Assembly: GCA_950097015.1 (NCBI GenBank)
Contig: CATNEN010000031.1
Location: 682,001 to 746,000 of the forward strand
Direction of reading: 5' to 3'
DNA length: 64,000 nt
Origin: Macrostomum hystrix
Lineage: Eukaryota; Animalia; Platyhelminthes
Part shown: piece by piece, positions 1 to 11,516 of the stretch
How the letters are laid out: every line of letters begins with the position of its first letter
How positions within the stretch are numbered: the stretch's first letter is position 1
Made by a program: the position numbers and the translations under genes
The notes under the pieces: model-generated
Seen by the model: only the letters and a program-made list of their open reading frames with translations
Told to the model about the DNA's origin: nothing
The model's database searches: none

Positions 1-484
1 TTATTTACTGTGTTAAGAAAACGTGAACGACCCGAAAACATAAAACTACAATTATCTTCTAGAGAACATATGAATATATGCAGCGTTTGCTTAAGCTACT
101 CACCTATACCCACCAGTAGCAGTAGAAGCACTGGCAATCTAAAATTTTTCTATGTCCCATGCACATTAAAGATGAAAGGACAAAAATGCACAGCTTTTTT
201 GTTTTTATTGCTAGAAAAAAATATTTAGTTTCCAGTCTGTACATTCAGTTCGTATAGTAAAAAGTTTAACTGAAATTCTAATGAATGATTCTAATGAACT
301 CTAATTTTAAGGATTTCAGACGTGATCCTTGGGGGAGGAACGAAGTAACAGTTTATCCCCCAAAAAATGTGGGAGGGCATATCCTCAAAATTACAAGTCG
401 CAGGAATCGCAGTTTTAAGCTGTGGAGGAGGGAATCACATAGACATTGTAATTAGAACAATTCAAACACAAGAGCTATTGCATA

Positions 485-1428
485 CGAGGGGTCTTTCAAA
501 GGATCGTAGAAAAGCCATCTCCGCTTAAACATATGCCCTTGAAAATTTTCTCAAGTATTATTTTATATATCTACAGCCTACATCTAAATTTTCAGCCAAA
601 TTGACTTAAAAAGCCGCGAGAAATCTGCGATCAAACTCTGAACCCCCATTGCATTTCCTGCATTATCCAAGGAGCAGTCAAGAGCCATAATGCTATTCCT
701 CTTTCGCCGAGGCTCTAGTGCCAGTGAAGCTGCTGCTGAGATGAATACCGTACTGCATGATGAAGCTCCATCCCTCAGCACTGTGCACAAGTGGTTTGGC
801 CGCTTCAGAAGTGGCCATTTCGATTTGGTTGACGAGCCAAGAGAAGGTCGTCCAAGAACATCAACGGACTCCTTGAATGTGGCTGCTGTGCAGTCTGCTC
901 TGAACGAGGATGCGAGACTGACCATCGAGAGGATGGAGGAGAGTCTGGGCATTGATGCCACATCGATCTGGAGGATTCTGCACGAAGATCTTGGTCTCAC
1001 CAAGAAAGCTGCCAAATGGGTGCCACGAATCCTCTCGCCAGAACAGAAGCAGCAGAGGATCGAATTCTGCAGGAATTTCCTCGAACAATTCAAAGATGGA
1101 GAATCTGCGAACTTCCAGAACATCGTCACAGGTGATGAAGCCTGCAGGTTCCATCAGTACGACCCGCCAACTAAATCACAGTCGATGGTTTAGTCTCTGA
1201 AAGGAGCCCCATCTCCCCAAAAGGCGAAGCGGGTGAGGTCAGCTGGGAAAATCACGTTCGCGATTTTCTTCTCTTCTAGAGGCATTGTGGCCTCGGTGCC
1301 AGTTGAGCAAGGCTGCACTGTGAACTTTGATTGGTACGTGACCATCTGCTTGCCCGCTGTGTTCAATTCCATCGCAGCTGGTCGCGGCAAAGCGGAGCTA
1401 CGCCGCTACTTCCTGCATCACGACAACG
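485..1428 (+). mobile_element. Decayed, 3'-truncated Tc1/mariner (mariner-type) DNA transposon
   Basis: TA at 483-484 is followed by a mariner-like left TIR (CGAGGGGTCTTTCAAA...). Transposase frame 690-1428 has an HTH N-terminus (LSTVHKWFGRF...DEPREGRP), WVPR, IVTGDE and HDN motifs. An in-frame TAG at 1191-1193 stands where Trp (TGG) is expected. Homology stops after HDN: no YSPDLAP, third Asp or right TIR seen. Confidence 0.9.
690..1428 (+). pseudogene. mariner transposase pseudogene (nonsense codon plus 3' truncation)
   Basis: ORFs 690..1193 and 1233..1496 are in the same frame and separated by one stop; together they give the HTH and the first two catalytic Asp motifs. Confidence 0.88.
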
Positions 1429-1939
1429 AAAATATGGCATTCACTATCCTCTTAAAATCCAAAAACAAGCCCAGTTTAAACAACATAGGATTATAACTCT
1501 GAAACATATAGCAACATTACTAATATTGCCTATGTATATAAACTGTGTGGGCATTATTAATATTCCTCATTTGGCTAATGCTTAAGCGATCCAGTTCAGG
1601 TCCTGTTTAAGATTGCTCGATTCGCGCAGCTAATTCATTGTTTCACAGTCACTGTGCTATGCATTCGAAACGATTGTGATACTTATGATACAAAGGTGAA
1701 GTCAATCATTTTTTTGCGAAAAAATTCTTGGAGCACCAGGCTTTAAAACATCATACATTAAGCTTGCCCTCGGATGTTTAGATAATAAGAAGTCCAAAAA
1801 TATACTGTTAATAATAATAAGGGTGAAGCCAGAGCTAATTATTGATCCCGCAGTTTGAGCCACGAGCTACTGCAATCGCCAAAAATGCGCACATTCAAGA
1901 ACAGTGTGAAGTCACGGGGAGCCTAAAATAGGAAAGAAG

Positions 1940-2279
1940 TCAATCTCGATCAGCTTCGGTCGCAGAAGTCGCAGCTGCAGCGCTCCCACAATCGTCTGCA
2001 CTTGGCAGGGACTGGCACTTGGCAGCTGATTGGTTCGCAAGCTGCGCGAGCTCTGGCAAGCTGTAGTAGGGGTAGTGAGCCCGGCCCCAGTCAGCGGGCT
2101 TGCGGGCGATGGCGAGGCCGCGGGTTGTGCAAGCGCCGCTGAGGATGGTCTCGTCAATTAGCTTCACTCGTCGTTCGTAGGGACGACACAGTCGGGGCGC
2201 CCAGTCGCTAGTGAGAGCGCAGCGATAACCGGAGCCCGCAATGGTGGACTCAGTTTCCTTTGGGTAGCCGAATGGCATA
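1940..2279 (-). CDS. PAN2: PAN2 exon 4 (post-WD40 linker); 3' end uncertain
   Basis: Acceptor ccgcag| at 2281-2280 joins exon 3 in phase 2 (AG+T=Ser). LTSDWAPRLCRPYERRVKLIDETIL...HYPY aligns with the PAN2 linker LLSDWP...RRAPPVDAEIL...QIPY. Frame stops at 1940-1942; no strong donor seen. Confidence 0.7.
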
Positions 2280-2339
2280 CTGCGGATGGAATACAGACAG
2301 ATAGGCATATTAGAGTCACACACACAATACAGTATCTTT

Positions 2340-2620
2340 GTACGAGCCACCGAGTCTTAAAGATCAGGGGTTCGATTCCCGACTCCGCTGGAACAATTTG
2401 TGTCATTTAGCAAGACACGTAACTCTGAAATGCTTCAGTTCACCCAGCTGTAAAATGGGTACCAGCATTAGCTGGGGTAATTGAGGGTGGGTGTGGCGTC
2501 CCTCCAGTCCATGGACTGAACAGCCGTACGCAGTCTTCAGATGCGCCGCGCAATAGCTGCGGCTGTGCTATCGGCTGCACATCTGACCCAATTGGGCAGG
2601 TGTAATAATAATTATTATAA
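2340..2620 (+). mobile_element. tRNA-derived SINE with CORE/MIR-like central domain (family A), antisense in PAN2 intron 3
   Basis: B-box GGTTCGATTCC, then TGTGTCATTTAGCAAGACACGTAACTCTG...CTTCAGTTCACCCAGCTGTAAAATGGGTACC, resembling the MIR/CORE consensus; (TAA)n-like tail. The segment ATTAGCTGGGGTAATTGA..GGTGGGTGTGG recurs at ~17236. Confidence 0.65.
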
Positions 2621-3322
2621 TACTTGGAAGATTTGGAAGATATTTAGAAGACTCAAAAATAATTATTATTATCATTTTTATACTCTTTTATCACTGTCAC
2701 TAACTTAATATTTTAATGTCTGCATCTGACTAACGGGTCGCATTTGCCAGTTAATAGTCTCGATGGCGTTAAATCAAACAGTATACGCCAAGTGTTACAT
2801 AACTCATCGTGGAGCTTTCAATACATCGCTAAGGTTTTAATGTGGATAAAGAAAAAATCGTATTTTGTTCTGGCCCGTGGCACTGGCCTCTAGCTCTAAC
2901 CGGCCCGCACTGATAAGAAGTTTTCTGACCCCTCATCCAGCTTATCCGTTCTTTTGCGTTCGGGCAAGTATTAGGCTTTTTATTACGTCAAAGTTGCTGA
3001 TGAATCTAATTTCGCGATTGATCATCTGGCTGCCGATCTAAATAAAACTGGTTGGTTACTTCGATTGCTCGACTAGAGAGCGGTTTAAGAATGAATTAAT
3101 GCACACATCCTGTATTTCCTAGGAGAACAATTCAATTAGAGGTGGTCATGAGCATCTCTAAGTGTTTCATTACTATGCAGACGTTGCTGTTTCTCTGTAC
3201 GAGAAACAGAGAAACTATGCCACAATATTTGCTGTAGGAAAACTATGCCACAAATCTAGTTGCATTCTGGAATCGAAGAATCTCCGTCAAAACAGAAGAG
3301 AAAAGCCTTTGATAAATTTTAC

Positions 3323-3708
3323 CTGGTGAAATAGAAAGACTCGTTGCCGAGCGCGATGGGATTCGGCGAATAGACGGGATCGTCCGGGAAAACTGTCGGC
3401 AAGGGAGACACATTGAACCGCGGCCCAGTCACATCGGCCGAGTCGGCGCTCAACAAGTAGACGCCACCGGCTCCGTCACCGACAGCGATGCAGCGGGAGC
3501 TAGCGCTGATATCCACATCGGTCACTCCTACGCCCAGCTGATAAACAGGACTGGCAGGCATGGACTGGCCAAGCTGCAAGAACTGGAATTCGCCCAGTGA
3601 GTTACCCACTAGCAGTCGGTCGTGCATGGCTGGCAGGAAGCGAACGAAGTGCGGATCAAGCTGTACGCAGAATGGCTGAACAGGCCGCAAAACCCTCAGA
3701 TCAAAGGT
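3323..3708 (-). CDS. PAN2: PAN2 exon 3 (WD40)
   Basis: ccatcag| acceptor and AG|GTAAAA donor. TFDLRVLRPVQP...DPHFVRFLP...DISASSRCIAVGD matches PAN2 YDLRMMR...DPAFLRFIP...DVSASKQALAFGD. Confidence 0.92.
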
Positions 3709-4192
3709 CTGATGGCAGTGTGTGCGTGAAAGGCAAAACTCTTATTTATCTTTGATTTATCTAGTTAAAACGTGATTGATTTAAATGTTTTGTAGCTAAA
3801 TGTTCTAATAAAATTATTAAACTGTATCAAATTATGATATGATAATATTGAAGGGGCGAGCTAAGGACATTGATTTTACTACTGAGTCTTAAGTGCAATA
3901 AACTGAGTGTACTTTGACTCATAACTTGAAATCTTGCTTGCCTCAGATGGAACAAGACTATTTTACTAATTTTACTAAGGCTATTTATTTGGGTTGTGTA
4001 CAAATATCATGTAATTAACTTTTAATTTTGGTAATCGATAAAAGTCATTTGATTAATACATTTTTATAACGATACCTGAAAAGTGCCAGTCAAAACTTTT
4101 TTTTGCCTGAGAATATACGCTCGTAATAAGTAAGCGGAAATGTACAACATAAAAGAATAAACCACTGTGACCTAACAATTTGGAAGACTCAC

Positions 4193-4604
4193 CTGTAGCA
4201 GCCTATCAGGCATTACATTGCCATCATGTCGCACTGACCAGCCGCAGGTGACAAGCAAACTATCCTGCACAGCCACGTCGGCAAGCTGACCAGTGACAGT
4301 GTTAAGACTGTGTTCCTTTCGCCCGGTAACTCTGTCCAGCAAGCTAACAGTGCCCCTCGCACTTGCAGCACAGATGAACCGGCCATTGTGCCGAAGGAAT
4401 TCGCAACCCTCTGGACCCATATCCACACACTTCACTAAACGCCCAGTGCCCGAGTCCAATTGCAGGACCCGATCTTGCCGACCGCCTAGAGTCAATCGGC
4501 CGGCCTCAGGGTCGTGAAGCATAGCGGCTAGATCCACAGTCATTCCTGGACAGGTGTAGGACCAGCGGCGCTGACCAAACTTTGAGTAGCAGGCGACGCC
4601 AGTT
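4193..4604 (-). CDS. PAN2: PAN2 exon 2 (WD40)
   Basis: gttcag| acceptor and CAG|GTGAGT donor. GTVSLLD...GQLADVAVQDSLLVTCGWS matches PAN2 GKVSLRD...GSLSDFDVHGNLLAACGFS. Confidence 0.92.
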
Positions 4605-5456
4605 CTGAACATGAACAAAAGAGATGCTAGTTTTTGGTACGAGTGTATGGGATGGCATCTCAGTAGCTGGCAAATAAAAGTGCAATGGCATGAATTGGAA
4701 ACTATGTGTGATGTAGAGATGTAATTCAATATGGCCATTTGTACGAGAGCATAACAAGTCGGTAACAAGAGCGGTAAAAACTACTTAAAAAACATTGCGC
4801 ATGAACCCTGCAGAGCAGAAAAAAGCAAAAAAACCAATGTCTGGACAGTCTGGACACAGTTCATCGGCTTTGACTTCATTGGTAGTTGAGGAAATTCGAC
4901 TCAATTTCCGCTATGGTCGCTAAAATGATGTTCTAAGATGCCTGGCATCGAAGGAAAAGCAAGAGATGTACCATTCTTGGCATTTTCCATGCATTACATT
5001 ACACTATATCTATCTAAAACTAGTGTTTCTAGCATCTATACAAACAGATCTTTGACTTCTCACTCGCTAGCTGTGTCTCAATTGATCATTCATACAGAAT
5101 CATGAATGAAAGTTGTTGAAACCAAATTTGAGGTTTGCTTCAAAGCTTTAATTTCCACCTAGACAAGGTACTATGAGTGAGGAACTGCTTACGTTGAATA
5201 TCAGCAGTCAAAAACTACAGATGAATTTAATTTTGAGTAACTTAAAAAAGTAAAACTGAAAGTAAAAAAGTTTCGAAACCTTATGATTGCACCGTCGCAG
5301 TCTTTCTTATTTTATATAAATTGCCTCGCAGATTCTTTTCTTGAATGAAAAAATGTGCAGTAGAAGTGATTGCTGAGTGTAGCAAAGAAGACTACCCAAA
5401 TCCAAAGTAAAAAAACAATCAAATAATAATTTTTAAACTGCTTTTGCAGTACTTAC

Positions 5457-5854
5457 TTGGTCATGGTGAATACACCAGCTTCGACTAGTGGGCTGGCAGC
5501 ACACACCTGGCGGAGATCTCTTTGCACATGGAGTGAAACATACTTGCTAAGCTGTGGCCCATAGTATCCAGTGAGATGACCACCACTGTTTACACACCAG
5601 AGCAGGTCTTCGTATTTGTCAAAGTGAACACCAGTCACCACCTGCTCTGTGCCGTCCATGACCACCCAGTTGTACATAAGGTACTCGCCAATAGCAGGCA
5701 CACTAGACAACTGGCTAGCTGGCTGGGAGGGGGAGTGCTGATTTGGAAAAAATGTTGCCCCAACATCCATTGCACTACTAGCAATTCCTGCAGAATTAGA
5801 TGTACTAGGCGAGAAAAACTGGGGCTGATGAGAATGATACATTAGTGCCTGCAT
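5457..5854 (-). CDS. PAN2: PAN2 first coding exon (PAN2-PAN3 deadenylation complex subunit, WD40 N-terminus)
   Basis: HFDKYEDLLWCVNSGGHLTGYYGPQLSKY matches PAN2 HFDLHEEMLWVGSHGGHATSFFGPALERY; donor AA|GTAAGT. Start is ATG 5854 or 5842, just after an acceptor, so a 5' UTR exon lies upstream. The model 5854-5457, 4604-4193, 3708-3323, 2279-1940 is phase-consistent and gives 511 aa. Confidence 0.9.
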
Positions 5855-6024
5855 GCTGTGGGAGAATGTAACAATTTTGACAAAGCTGTAGAAACAAAAC
5901 AATAAATAAATATACCCCACATAATTGAAATGGGTGTTAGTATATGTTGTCATTCCAATTTATTCACCCTGCTAGGCAGTAGCAAACAGAATACATACCA
6001 TAATAATAAAAATAATAATAATTG

Positions 6025-7210
6025 CAGGAAGGCTGCGGGCAATGGCACATTATTTAGTGACACTAGACCTGTAGCCAGTGAGGAGGCAATTCTGCCTATT
6101 TTGCTGAATCCTGAGCATGTACACATACAGATAAGATAACGTACACAGGCATATGCTCACATACAGTACTGGGCAAGTTAATCATGTTTTTACTCTTTAA
6201 AAGTTAAAAAGTTAATTCAATTAACTCCAAAAAATTAACTGTAACTAGTTAAATATTAAACTTTTGCCTAAAATTTAACTTCGGAAAAGTTAAAAAGAAA
6301 AAATCTAGTCAATCCCAATTAAGGTGGCATTTGTCCTGTGAACTGACTGCATTTTTTATCTAATTGTTGTACGGGCAGCTGTGCAGCTTGCAAAGTTAAT
6401 AATACCAATTTAATTTGAAACATTCATTGCATGCTTAAATTACTACATACATTACATTCGACTACATTACATTATGACAAAACAAAAGTAAAGTATGTGG
6501 AGTTCTAGATTCCCTGGCCAGGCACAAACATAAATAAAATTGTCAAATCTTAACAAAACTGAATATCCTTACTAAGTAATGCTAGGCAAATACTCAGAGT
6601 CATTGTCACTGATCATTGATCATGATCTAAGATTTATATTCAGGAATACTGGAATAGTCAAACAGTGAGACAGGTACAGGTAGATATTCAGATTAAATTA
6701 AATAGAATTTTTATAGATAGGTCAATATGCAATGTACTAGGCTAGGCCTAATTAATTAACAAAAAAATATTGACTAAAAAGTTATCTTCCTAGAAAAAAA
6801 TATAGAAAAAAAACATGAAAAAAATAATTACAAATAACTTTTGTCATTTAACTTAAACTTACAGAAAAAAAGTAATGATCTTTGTTAACTAGTTCATACA
6901 TAAAAAATTAAACGAAATTTTACAATTTTTTAAAAAATAATTAACTAGTTAATTAACTAGTTAAACAATTAACTAGTTAACGCCCAGCACTGCTCACAAA
7001 GGTGTGCAAATCTCCCTGAATTTCTAATTGTCAGCCAGTGTACATTTCACTGTGAATTGGAAGTTGGCCCTCAAGGGTCTAAATTGCACAAGCCCTTAAG
7101 CCTTCTCTCTGCGGCTGTGCCCCAAATAAATGTGGCCTTGCCATAGAATCAAACTTAGGGACCGTGGTACAAGAGGCAAACATAATTAATAACTGCTCTG
7201 CCACCGACCC
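6025..7210 (-). mobile_element. tRNA-derived SINE (family B), split by an hAT MITE into 6025-6163 and 6993-7210
   Basis: The two halves are collinear with the intact copy at 9980-10322. Confidence 0.85.
6164..6992. mobile_element. Non-autonomous hAT-type element (829 bp)
   Basis: TIRs CAGTACTGGGC... / ...GCCCAGCACTG; 8-bp TSD CTCACATA (6156-6163) / CTCACAAA (6993-7000), 7/8 match; subterminal AACTAGTTAA repeats; AT-rich, no ORF. Confidence 0.85.
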
Positions 7211-9979
7211 CCTGAATATATACCATGCTTCTTGTTTACTTTTTTGTCTATCAGGAAAGGCTTGAGGATAAAAATTTAAATGTTGTACATTTATAACCTA
7301 TTTGGCTAGGATAGGCAAAATAAACTAATTAAAACAATGAACCATGGACTTATTTAGAGAGGCTAAATTGGATAATATTTGAGGATTATATAGAACTTTT
7401 TATCTTATTAGAAACGAATCATTTAGGCCTATATAAAAACTTAAATTGATATTTTAAAGAAAGTTTATTTTTTGCTTCTTTATTATGGATTATGATTAAA
7501 AGTTATGAATATGCCATTTACTATTTAGGACATAATACAAACTAAATCTAAAAAGAACATACATGTAGGAAATATAATTTAAGACAGCATTTAACCCCTA
7601 GTGCCATAATTTGCTGCAGCAACATTACTTCTGTTTATGTTGATATGTGGTTTTCAACATAGATATTTATTAGGCTAGGCCTAGTTGCAGAAATTTTTCT
7701 ATGATTAGGATTAGAATTTGATCCTAGAAGTTTCATTGTTTGAAGAATAGTTCCAGATTTTTTAAACTGTTTAGATAGGCCTAGTTCAAATCTTAAATTC
7801 ATGATTAGGCCTATGCAATGGCCAATCTTAGGGGCTGGGCAACTGTTCCTCATTTAACGATAAGTGTCAGTATCACTAACTGATATCTTTCAAATTAAAT
7901 GTTGTAAAAGGGCAGTGGACCAGTTTCAGACTTCTCCTTATTGTATTTGTATATATATTGTATCCTTATTGTAATACTCTTTGGAAAGCTGACTAGGCCT
8001 ATCCTCCAGAATCGTTCGTTAAATTGTTTTCTCATTTGAATTCCCACAGTAACGTCAAAAGTGCTACACCGGTGGTGTCTCCATTTTGAATATTCTCTCT
8101 CTCATGCTATATGGAATGAAACGCTGACGCTAAAGTGTAGCTTCTAATTTGTAGGACTAAATTTTACAGTGCATGACTACGACTTTTAGCTTCGCTTTCA
8201 GCCATAGACAACAAAATATTCAAATAGAATCGAGAACTTTATGGATTCGTGGATTCTTGTCTTCTATAATCGTAAAAATTCAATTGGCGCTCGCAAAACA
8301 ATCGTTGTCACGCGCTGGGGCCGATGATTATTTATACATTGTGCTGAGCTATGGCTGGCAGATTTTAAATAGAAATATGAATGAAACAATTAGCAGTTGT
8401 TGCTTGCTTTAAGTAAATTTGAATCTCCTATCAATTTATCACGTGATAGGATTTCTTGTCATTTATTAAAACAAAATCGAAGGAGCTTCCAAAAGCAGCT
8501 TTAAAGTACATTGCTATCGCTTGTAGTACATAAAGAGTTGGTGTGACTCAAACTAATATGCTTGATTGTCACTGAATCGTGGTCATAATAAAGTCTTAAC
8601 AGTAGGTTTCATAGAGCAAAGCAGCATGCACGAAATGGAAAGTGTGATGAAGTAAATCTGCGTGATTTGTATTTGCAGATCGGTTTGAAATCAAGTATTA
8701 CAAGTTTTATGGCAAGTTTTTAGCTCGATAATAATACCAATAATAATGTGCGCTTTCAGAAAATTAAATCGTGTCACGAGTCGTAAGCAAACTTGTACAA
8801 ATTTGTGTAATAACTTGTAACCACTCAGTACCAACAAAAAAGTTATTGCTCTACTACTTACTTTAAGTAGTGCAATGTTCTAAGATAGCATGTCACTGTT
8901 CTGTAAGCTGATTAAAACAGATTAAATGTAAATCCTTTTTGGGGCTTTTCATTGGTAGAGGTGACAAGAACAGGAGAAGAAGAGAAGCGGAGGAGAAGGG
9001 GGAGAAAGTGAAGAGAGGAGGAGGAGGATGGAAGAGGTGCAAATGGAGATGGATGAGGAACTATAAGAAGAACGGGAAGTGATTAAGATAATGTTGAAGA
9101 ACTGGCACATGTGTTAGCTACAGTCGGAGTTAGAAACGGGGCGGAGCACATGCATTTAGCCTAATCCCTTCACTCGCAATAATATTCTTGTGTTTGTCAT
9201 CTTTACCAGCTGGGATGCATTTTATTCGGCGATCCACTGTCGCCATCGTTAGTATTTTCCCACCGGATTATCCCATACTCCTTGGCATTCGATCCCCGAT
9301 CCTCTTTGATATCACCGGCCCGAGCTGGCTTGAAGCGGATTCCGGGATGGAATATAATGTTAGTGGAAGCCGCAAACAAATGACCGAGCCTGGCCTAATG
9401 ATTCAATGCGGCCGATTTCTCCCTATCACGCACCCAGCTTCAATCGGTAGAAGATCTGGCAGTGCGGGCTGTGAGGGGATCGCCTTTTAAAGCTTGACAT
9501 GACATGCGTCTGGAACTGCCAGAATTCTGGCAGCGACATTGCCTCTCGGCCCCAACAACAAACTGGAACAGGGGGGTGATTCGGGCCCGGTGCTTGAGTG
9601 CCAGGCAGGTCGGATGCGCCTTGAAACCATGCAGCAGACAGAATCAGATGCCCGGCAAATATCGCAAGACAATGCTGCACTTTGCCTCCCAGTTTAATTA
9701 GTCATTACGCGCGGAAGTTCTTTCTGCCCGACTGTCAGATGCTCCACAGACAAGTTCAAATGCTTCCGCTAAGACAACTGGCCCGACAAAAAATGTTTTC
9801 GAAACAGGCGCAACTGCCCCAGATTGTTTTCCTTGCGAGTCGGTCAGAAATTTTTCCCACAGGCCTTACAATGGAGATAACTTTTTAACTCGGACTTCTA
9901 GAAGTGACTGCGGCGAGAATGACAATTACATGGTCTGCAATCAGTCTGGCCAGCAGCTAATAATAATTATAATAATTGA

Positions 9980-10322
9980 AGGAGGGCTGCGGGCAATGGC
10001 ACGTCATTCAGTGACACTAGACCCGCAGCCAGCGAGGAGGCAATTCTGCCCATTTCGCTGACTCCTGAGCACACACGCACTCAGATAACGTAGGCTAGCA
10101 TACGCTCACACAGGTGTGTACATCTGCCCTGACTTTCTCATCGTCAGGCAGTGTACATTTCACTGTGCCTTGGAGGTTGGCCCTCAAGGGCTTAAATTGC
10201 ACGACAAGCCCTCAAGCCTTCTCTCCGCAGCTGCGCCCCAAATAAATGTGGCCCCGTCGTGGAATCGGGCTCAGGGACCGTAGTGCGAAAGGCAAACGCG
10301 TTAACGGCTCTGCCACCGACCC
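9980..10322 (-). mobile_element. tRNA-derived SINE (family B), full-length copy
   Basis: Minus strand starts GGGTCGGTGGCAGAGCCGTTAA (A box), has GAGCCCGATTCC (B-box-like), a ~340-bp body and a (TTA)n tail; homologous copies at 6025, 15655 and 46279. Confidence 0.85.
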
Positions 10323-10429
10323 GGGCCCTGCCACAGCAGCTAAGGAAATATTATTTTAAGTGTGCATTGTGACTACGAAAATCACATTTTTAAACGAAGC
10401 TCTAGATCCTTAATAATAAAACTCTCAAA

Positions 10430-10777
10430 TCCTGCACTATCAAACTCTAAGATCCCACACTATCAAACTCTAAGATCCCACACTATCAATCTCCAAGATC
10501 CCACACTATCAATCTCCAAGATCCCACACTATCAATCTCCAAGATCCCACACTATCAATCTCCAAGATCCCACACTATCAATCTCCAAGATCCCACACTA
10601 TCAATCTCCAAGATCCCACACTATCAATCTCCAAGATCCCACACTATCAATATCCAAGATCCCACACTATCAATCTCTAAGATCCCACACTATCAATCTC
10701 CAAGATCCCACACTATCAATCTCCAAGATCCCACACTATCAATCTCCAAGATCCCACACTATCAATCTCCAAGATTT
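10430..10777. repeat. 23-bp minisatellite (CTCCAAGATCCCACACTATCAAT)n
   Basis: Direct tandem copies; 23-aa periodicity in the overlapping ORF equals three 23-bp units. Confidence 0.95.
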
Positions 10778-11516
10778 TAACATTATCTCCCTATCTTATC
10801 CCAACGGACAACTTTAAGATTTCCAAAAGTTGTCCCGTTTTTTCGATGAATAAGCCTTTCAGCTCTCAAAATAGTTCCCTCTCAGATTACAGATAACCCC
10901 TGTTTAGATTTCAAATCTCGCTGGATGATGTGATTCTCGATAATGCATTCGCTTCAGATTATATGAGATTCTGACAGATTCAATAGCTCTATCGGACAAT
11001 CAAAATAATTATCAAATCCTCAAAAACTCCCACAGAAGCATCCAATGCCTATAGCGTGTCATTGCCTACTTCCCAGTCTCCAGCACTGCGGCTCTGGCAT
11101 TTCTAAACACCAATTTATCGGTTCATTACTATCGATTGATTTTCTTTTTTCTGCAAACGCACACCAATTAAGCGAAAAAAAATCCGGAAGCCTATAGCCT
11201 GACATTGTTAGTGTCCTTCAGCATAATTAGAAGCGGGCGCGAGGCCCACACACCTCCGCTACCAGCCCCCCCCGCCTGACAACGGTTTCCAAGTATCTGA
11301 GTGCTGTCCCGACTGCTCCGTTTCCACCTAAGCCTCCCATCGCGCTGGCCCATTAATGAGGCCACGAATAGGGACTCTTCAGTCTAGGAGCGGCTTCCTG
11401 TCCAGGTGCCAGAAAGCAATAGATGAGAGGAAAAATGGGATAACAGAAGGGAGACTCAAACTGGACTCGCAGAGAAGCTAACGCAGGTCTGTGACGGCGC
11501 CCTTACAAAGGAGCGG

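Noticed and set aside
2870-2936. Possible hAT right end (GGCCCG...AAGTTTTCTGACCCCTC)
   Set aside because: Degenerate, with no identifiable left end or TSD.
8070-8095. YY1-like CAAAATGGAG motif as a candidate PAN2 promoter
   Set aside because: A short motif alone; no 5' UTR exon or donor could be fixed.
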